Source: a virus
Lineage: Duplodnaviria > Caudoviricetes
IMG/VR virus record: IMGVR_UViG_3300022217_000303
Coordinates: 1 to 26,876 of that record
DNA length: 26,876 nucleotides
Reading direction: 5' to 3' (one strand)
Shown: positions 23,353-26,876 of the stretch, piece by piece
How the letters are laid out: each line of letters opens with the position of its first letter
How positions within the stretch are numbered: the first letter of the stretch is position 1
Translations under genes and position numbers: made by a program
Notes under the pieces: model-generated
What the model saw: the letters and a program-made list of their open reading frames with translations, nothing else
Database searches by the model: none
Told to the model about the DNA's origin: nothing

Positions 23353-23371
23353 CCCCGCCCAAAAGACGGGG
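23353..23371 (-). terminator. Probable terminator hairpin of the host gene
   Basis: Minus strand CCCCGTC-TTTTG-GGCGGGG about 30 nt after the stop of the GGDEF-EAL gene; weak U tract. Confidence 0.45.
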
Positions 23372-23399
23372 ATTTCAAAGATTAATTAAAAGATTAAAC

Positions 23400-26300
23400 C
23401 TACCCCCTTTTAATCTTTTCTATCCTCGGTGACGGTTTTCCGATGAGATAGCCCTGGGCATAATCGACGTCATAAGCTCTCAGAAGCTCCAGTGTTTCTT
23501 CCTTTTCGACAAATTCGGCGACTGTTTTAACGCCCATACCTTTGGCCACATCAGTGATGGATTTAACCACGATCTGGTCATTTTTGTTTTTATGGAGGTT
23601 TCTGATAAAGGACCCGTCAATTTTTATATAGTCTACGTTCATTTCTCTCAGGTAGACAAAGGAGGTAAATCCTACGCCAAAGTCATCGAGTGAGAACCTG
23701 CATCCCAGTTTTTTCAGGTCATTAATAAATTTTACAGCGCGGTTCAGGTCTCTTACGGCAGCTGTTTCAGTTATTTCAAAAACAAGGTGGCTCGGATCGG
23801 CTCCCTTGGCTTCAATGGTTTCCTTCAGGAAGTTAAAGATCATTTCATTGCCCAGGTCTTTGCCGGAAAGGTTGACGCTAAGAGTGATTTTCATTCCCTT
23901 TGCAAATAACCTGGATTGGAGTTTGATGGCCTTTTCAGTGACCATCCTGTCTATCCGGCCGATGAGCCCCACTTCTTCAGCTACGTTTATGAATGCGCCG
24001 GGAAGCAGTATTTTACCCCCTTCGTCACGCATTCTGACGAGCACTTCATAGTGATGGACTTCGTCCTGTTTCAGGTTAAGAATGGGCTGGAACCAGAGTT
24101 CAAAACGGTCTTCCGACAGGGCCTTTTCCACTTTTCTTTTCCAGTCGACCCTGGTGTGAATTTCTTCAAGATATTTATCGTCACTGCTGTAGAGGTGACA
24201 TTTGTTGTATCCCAGTTCCCTTGCCCTGTAAAGGGCCGCATCACCTTTTGAAAAAAGCTGCTTCATATCTTCACCATGGTCGGGAAAAAGGACGATGCCG
24301 ATACTTGCCGTTGTGGAAAACTGCATTTCTCCGATACGAAATTCACCGATGCTTCCTCTAATCAGTTCTGCTGCTTCAAGGCCCTCTTTTTCGCCGCGCA
24401 TGGGAAGGAAAATGACAAACTCATCACCCCCTGCGCGGCAGATGAAACTGCTCTGACTGACTTTATGCATTTCATCGAGGTCGAGGAGCAGCTTGTTAAG
24501 AAGGTTTGCTGTGCGCCTTAAGTAATCATCACCGGTAACATGGCCGAAATTATCGTTAATGTATTTAAACTCGTCAATATCAACCATGAGAAGTGTTCCC
24601 TTGTGACCAAAGCTTTTTGCCGTGTACATCCACTCTTTCAGCAGGTCCATGAACCTTTGCCTGTTGACAAGGCCTGTCAGTTCATCGTGAGTTGCAAAGT
24701 ATTCAACCATCTCCTGTGACTGGATCCTGTCGGTAATATCTGCCTGGATTGCAAGAAAATGGGTGATTTTACCGGACTCGTCCTTAATCGGTGATATGAG
24801 AGATCTGACCCAGAAGTACTGGCCGTTCTTTCTCCTGTTTTTAAGCTCTCCTTCCCACACATTTCCTCTGAGGATGGCATCCCATAATTCTTCATAGACG
24901 GTTTCATTAGACTCGCCTGAAGAGAGAATGCGGGGGTTCTGGCCGATGGCCTCATTTCTTGAGTACCCTGTAATTTCCTCGAAGGTTTTATTGACATACT
25001 CTATATTGCCGTTAACGTCCGTAATAAGAACGATGTTTATACTGTGTTCAATGGTTGCGGAAAGTTTTTTCAGTTCATGTTCCGCTTCTTTGCGTTCAAT
25101 GATTCCGGCCAGCGTATTTGCCGCGGCGCTGAGGAATTCCTTTTCCGACCGGTCTTCTATGTGTCCTTCTTTTAGATAGACATTGATAATACCCATAATC
25201 CTTGATCCCGATTTGATGGGAACACAATAGTGACCGTGGGGTTCCATCCCCTCATAAATGATGTCATGCCTCTCGTCAATGGTGGAGACAAAGAGTGTTT
25301 CTCCCTCGGCGGCAGCTCTGCCGCAGATGCATTTACCGAAAGGAATTTTGCTGCAGTGCTTGATTTGTTCCTCCGTAATGTTTCTTCCGCCTTTAAGCTC
25401 CAGCAGGTCTGGTTCATTGCCCACAAGGTAAATGGAGCCCTTTGATTTGTAAGCCAGCCAGGGCATGGAGAGAATGACATCGAGAGATCTGTTAAGCTGT
25501 TCATCCAGTGAAAGGGGCCGCAGGGAAAGTTTGAGTATGGAGGTAATGGCCTGCTGAGACTGGTAGCTCTTTCGTATTTTTTCTTCTGCCAGTCTTTCTT
25601 CCGTCACATCCTGCACGGTCCCGATCATTTTCGAGACATTACCCTTTTTATCGAAATAGACTTGCGCCTGCTCCTGAACGGTTCGTTCCTTTTCGTCTCT
25701 CCTTATAATACGATGGTTCATTTTATAAGGTATCTTTCTTTCAATAGCGGCATTGACGGCCTCTTTTACATAGTCCACGTCATCGGGATGGACATGGGAA
25801 AGAAAAACCTCGTAGTTAAGATCAATCTCCCCCGGTTTATAGCCGAAGATCCGGTAAGCTTCATCGGACCAGCTTATGGTGTTATCGTTTATATACCATT
25901 CCCAGTTTCCGATATGAGCTATCTGCTGGGCTACTTTGAGGCTGGCTTCGCTCTTCATATAAGCTGTGGCGGTGTTGTTTATTTCTGAAACCATGTAATT
26001 AAATGCGTCAGACAGGGCGCCTATTTCGTCCTTGCTTTTAACGGGGATGTTAATGTCATAATTACCCTTTGCAAGCTCTTTCGATGCGTCGGCGATTCTC
26101 CTGATGGGAGTAACAACGGTCCGGTTGAAAAAGATAAACATGACAAAGATAATTCCGCCGAGAATGAACATGGCGATAATAGCGTCGCGAAGCATATATT
26201 TTGTGGGGGACATGATTTCTTTTTCATCGATTTTCACAATGAGGGTCCATCCCGTCATTGTAAGGCACATGGATGCTCCGCCCACCGGGACGCCCCTGTA

Positions 26301-26876
26301 GTCCCTGTAAAAGCCTGTCACTTCAGTTCCTGATTCAATGCACGCCCTGACGGGTTTTGTGTCGACACGCTGCTTGAGAATCGCCCTTTCAATAAAAATT
26401 GAATCGGTGATCATGACCTTGTCCCTGTTAACTATATAAGCGTCAAAGGTCCGGTAATCATGCGTGTGTGACGACAGCGCGCCCAGTTTTATGAAGAACA
26501 CTTTTTTGAGGATTTCATTGAGTTCGGAAAGGAGGAGGTAGTTGGCGAGAATTCCTATGACTTCTCCCGACGCTCTATTTTTTACGGGAGTAGAAATAAC
26601 AATGTACGGTTTCCCGCCCAGATGGGTTGTTGTGTCTGTTACAGAGGGTGATAAGAGGCCTCTTTTAAAAAAAGTTTCCTTCGAGAGGTCTTTTCCAATA
26701 GCAGAAAGGTCAGTCGATGCGATGATGGTGCCTGTTTTCGATAAAACAACTATTTTCTTAATGGTTTTGTCGAGGACTATTTTATTTTTAAGGAGGTGTT
26801 CACTGAGGGCCTTGTTCTCTTCAAAATAAATGCCTTCATCAATTTCCAAAAGTGCCTTGATAATGGTTCCGTCACT
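23400..26876 (-). CDS. Host membrane sensor diguanylate cyclase/phosphodiesterase (Cache-TM-HAMP-PAS-GAF-PAS-GGDEF-EAL), 5'-truncated by the window
   Basis: HAMP (DEIGALSDAFN), PAS (VHPDD; ITDVNGNIEYVN), GAF, intact GGDEF, and EVLVRM/DDFGVG/IKIDGSF/QGY EAL motifs. The frame stays open to the window edge. Confidence 0.95.
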   Translation of the reverse strand, partial: SDGTIIKALLEIDEGIYFEENKALSEHLLKNKIVLDKTIKKIVVLSKTGTIIASTDLSAIGKDLSKETFFKRGLLSPSVTDTTTHLGGKPYIVISTPVKNRASGEVIGILANYLLLSELNEILKKVFFIKLGALSSHTHDYRTFDAYIVNRDKVMITDSIFIERAILKQRVDTKPVRACIESGTEVTGFYRDYRGVPVGGASMCLTMTGWTLIVKIDEKEIMSPTKYMLRDAIIAMFILGGIIFVMFIFFNRTVVTPIRRIADASKELAKGNYDINIPVKSKDEIGALSDAFNYMVSEINNTATAYMKSEASLKVAQQIAHIGNWEWYINDNTISWSDEAYRIFGYKPGEIDLNYEVFLSHVHPDDVDYVKEAVNAAIERKIPYKMNHRIIRRDEKERTVQEQAQVYFDKKGNVSKMIGTVQDVTEERLAEEKIRKSYQSQQAITSILKLSLRPLSLDEQLNRSLDVILSMPWLAYKSKGSIYLVGNEPDLLELKGGRNITEEQIKHCSKIPFGKCICGRAAAEGETLFVSTIDERHDIIYEGMEPHGHYCVPIKSGSRIMGIINVYLKEGHIEDRSEKEFLSAAANTLAGIIERKEAEHELKKLSATIEHSINIVLITDVNGNIEYVNKTFEEITGYSRNEAIGQNPRILSSGESNETVYEELWDAILRGNVWEGELKNRRKNGQYFWVRSLISPIKDESGKITHFLAIQADITDRIQSQEMVEYFATHDELTGLVNRQRFMDLLKEWMYTAKSFGHKGTLLMVDIDEFKYINDNFGHVTGDDYLRRTANLLNKLLLDLDEMHKVSQSSFICRAGGDEFVIFLPMRGEKEGLEAAELIRGSIGEFRIGEMQFSTTASIGIVLFPDHGEDMKQLFSKGDAALYRARELGYNKCHLYSSDDKYLEEIHTRVDWKRKVEKALSEDRFELWFQPILNLKQDEVHHYEVLVRMRDEGGKILLPGAFINVAEEVGLIGRIDRMVTEKAIKLQSRLFAKGMKITLSVNLSGKDLGNEMIFNFLKETIEAKGADPSHLVFEITETAAVRDLNRAVKFINDLKKLGCRFSLDDFGVGFTSFVYLREMNVDYIKIDGSFIRNLHKNKNDQIVVKSITDVAKGMGVKTVAEFVEKEETLELLRAYDVDYAQGYLIGKPSPRIEKIKRG

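Noticed and set aside
372-26829. Many overlapping alternative-frame and antisense ORFs in the ORF track (e.g. 869-1534, 9924-10469, 17055-17603, 18548-19084, 21927-22337 and plus-strand ORFs above 23800)
   Set aside because: They overlap well-supported genes, lack RBSs and recognisable motifs, and are best explained as shadow ORFs.

Overview
Bases 1 to ~23339 are the right (late-gene) half of a Mu-like transposable prophage with a contractile tail. It carries, in order: a TraR/DksA zinc finger, a holin-like membrane protein, small and large terminase, Mu-type portal and protease/scaffold, lambda-type decoration and major capsid proteins, and a displaced MuF head protein with a C-terminal PBECR-like nuclease extension. 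These are followed by neck, sheath, tube, a frameshifting tail chaperone, tape measure, baseplate, tail fibre, an HExxH protein and a Dam-like (D12) methyltransferase in the Mu 'mom' position. The prophage ends in two 22-bp-spaced repeats and a terminal ...ACA. The rest of the window is a host sensor GGDEF-EAL gene on the minus strand, cut by the window edge. The best candidate for an undescribed system is the MuF-nuclease gene: it has no downstream immunity ORF, but is followed by a near-consensus antisense sigma70 promoter reading into a compact pseudoknotted ~80-nt RNA, which suggests an RNA-antitoxin arrangement. A second antisense promoter with a cloverleaf RNA lies in front of the methyltransferase. 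Other points of interest are a secreted CxxCH protein inserted between the terminase genes, a frameshifted neck/tail gene, and REP-like palindromes, one of them inside the portal gene. All family assignments come from motif recognition and gene order by eye; no database searches were run.
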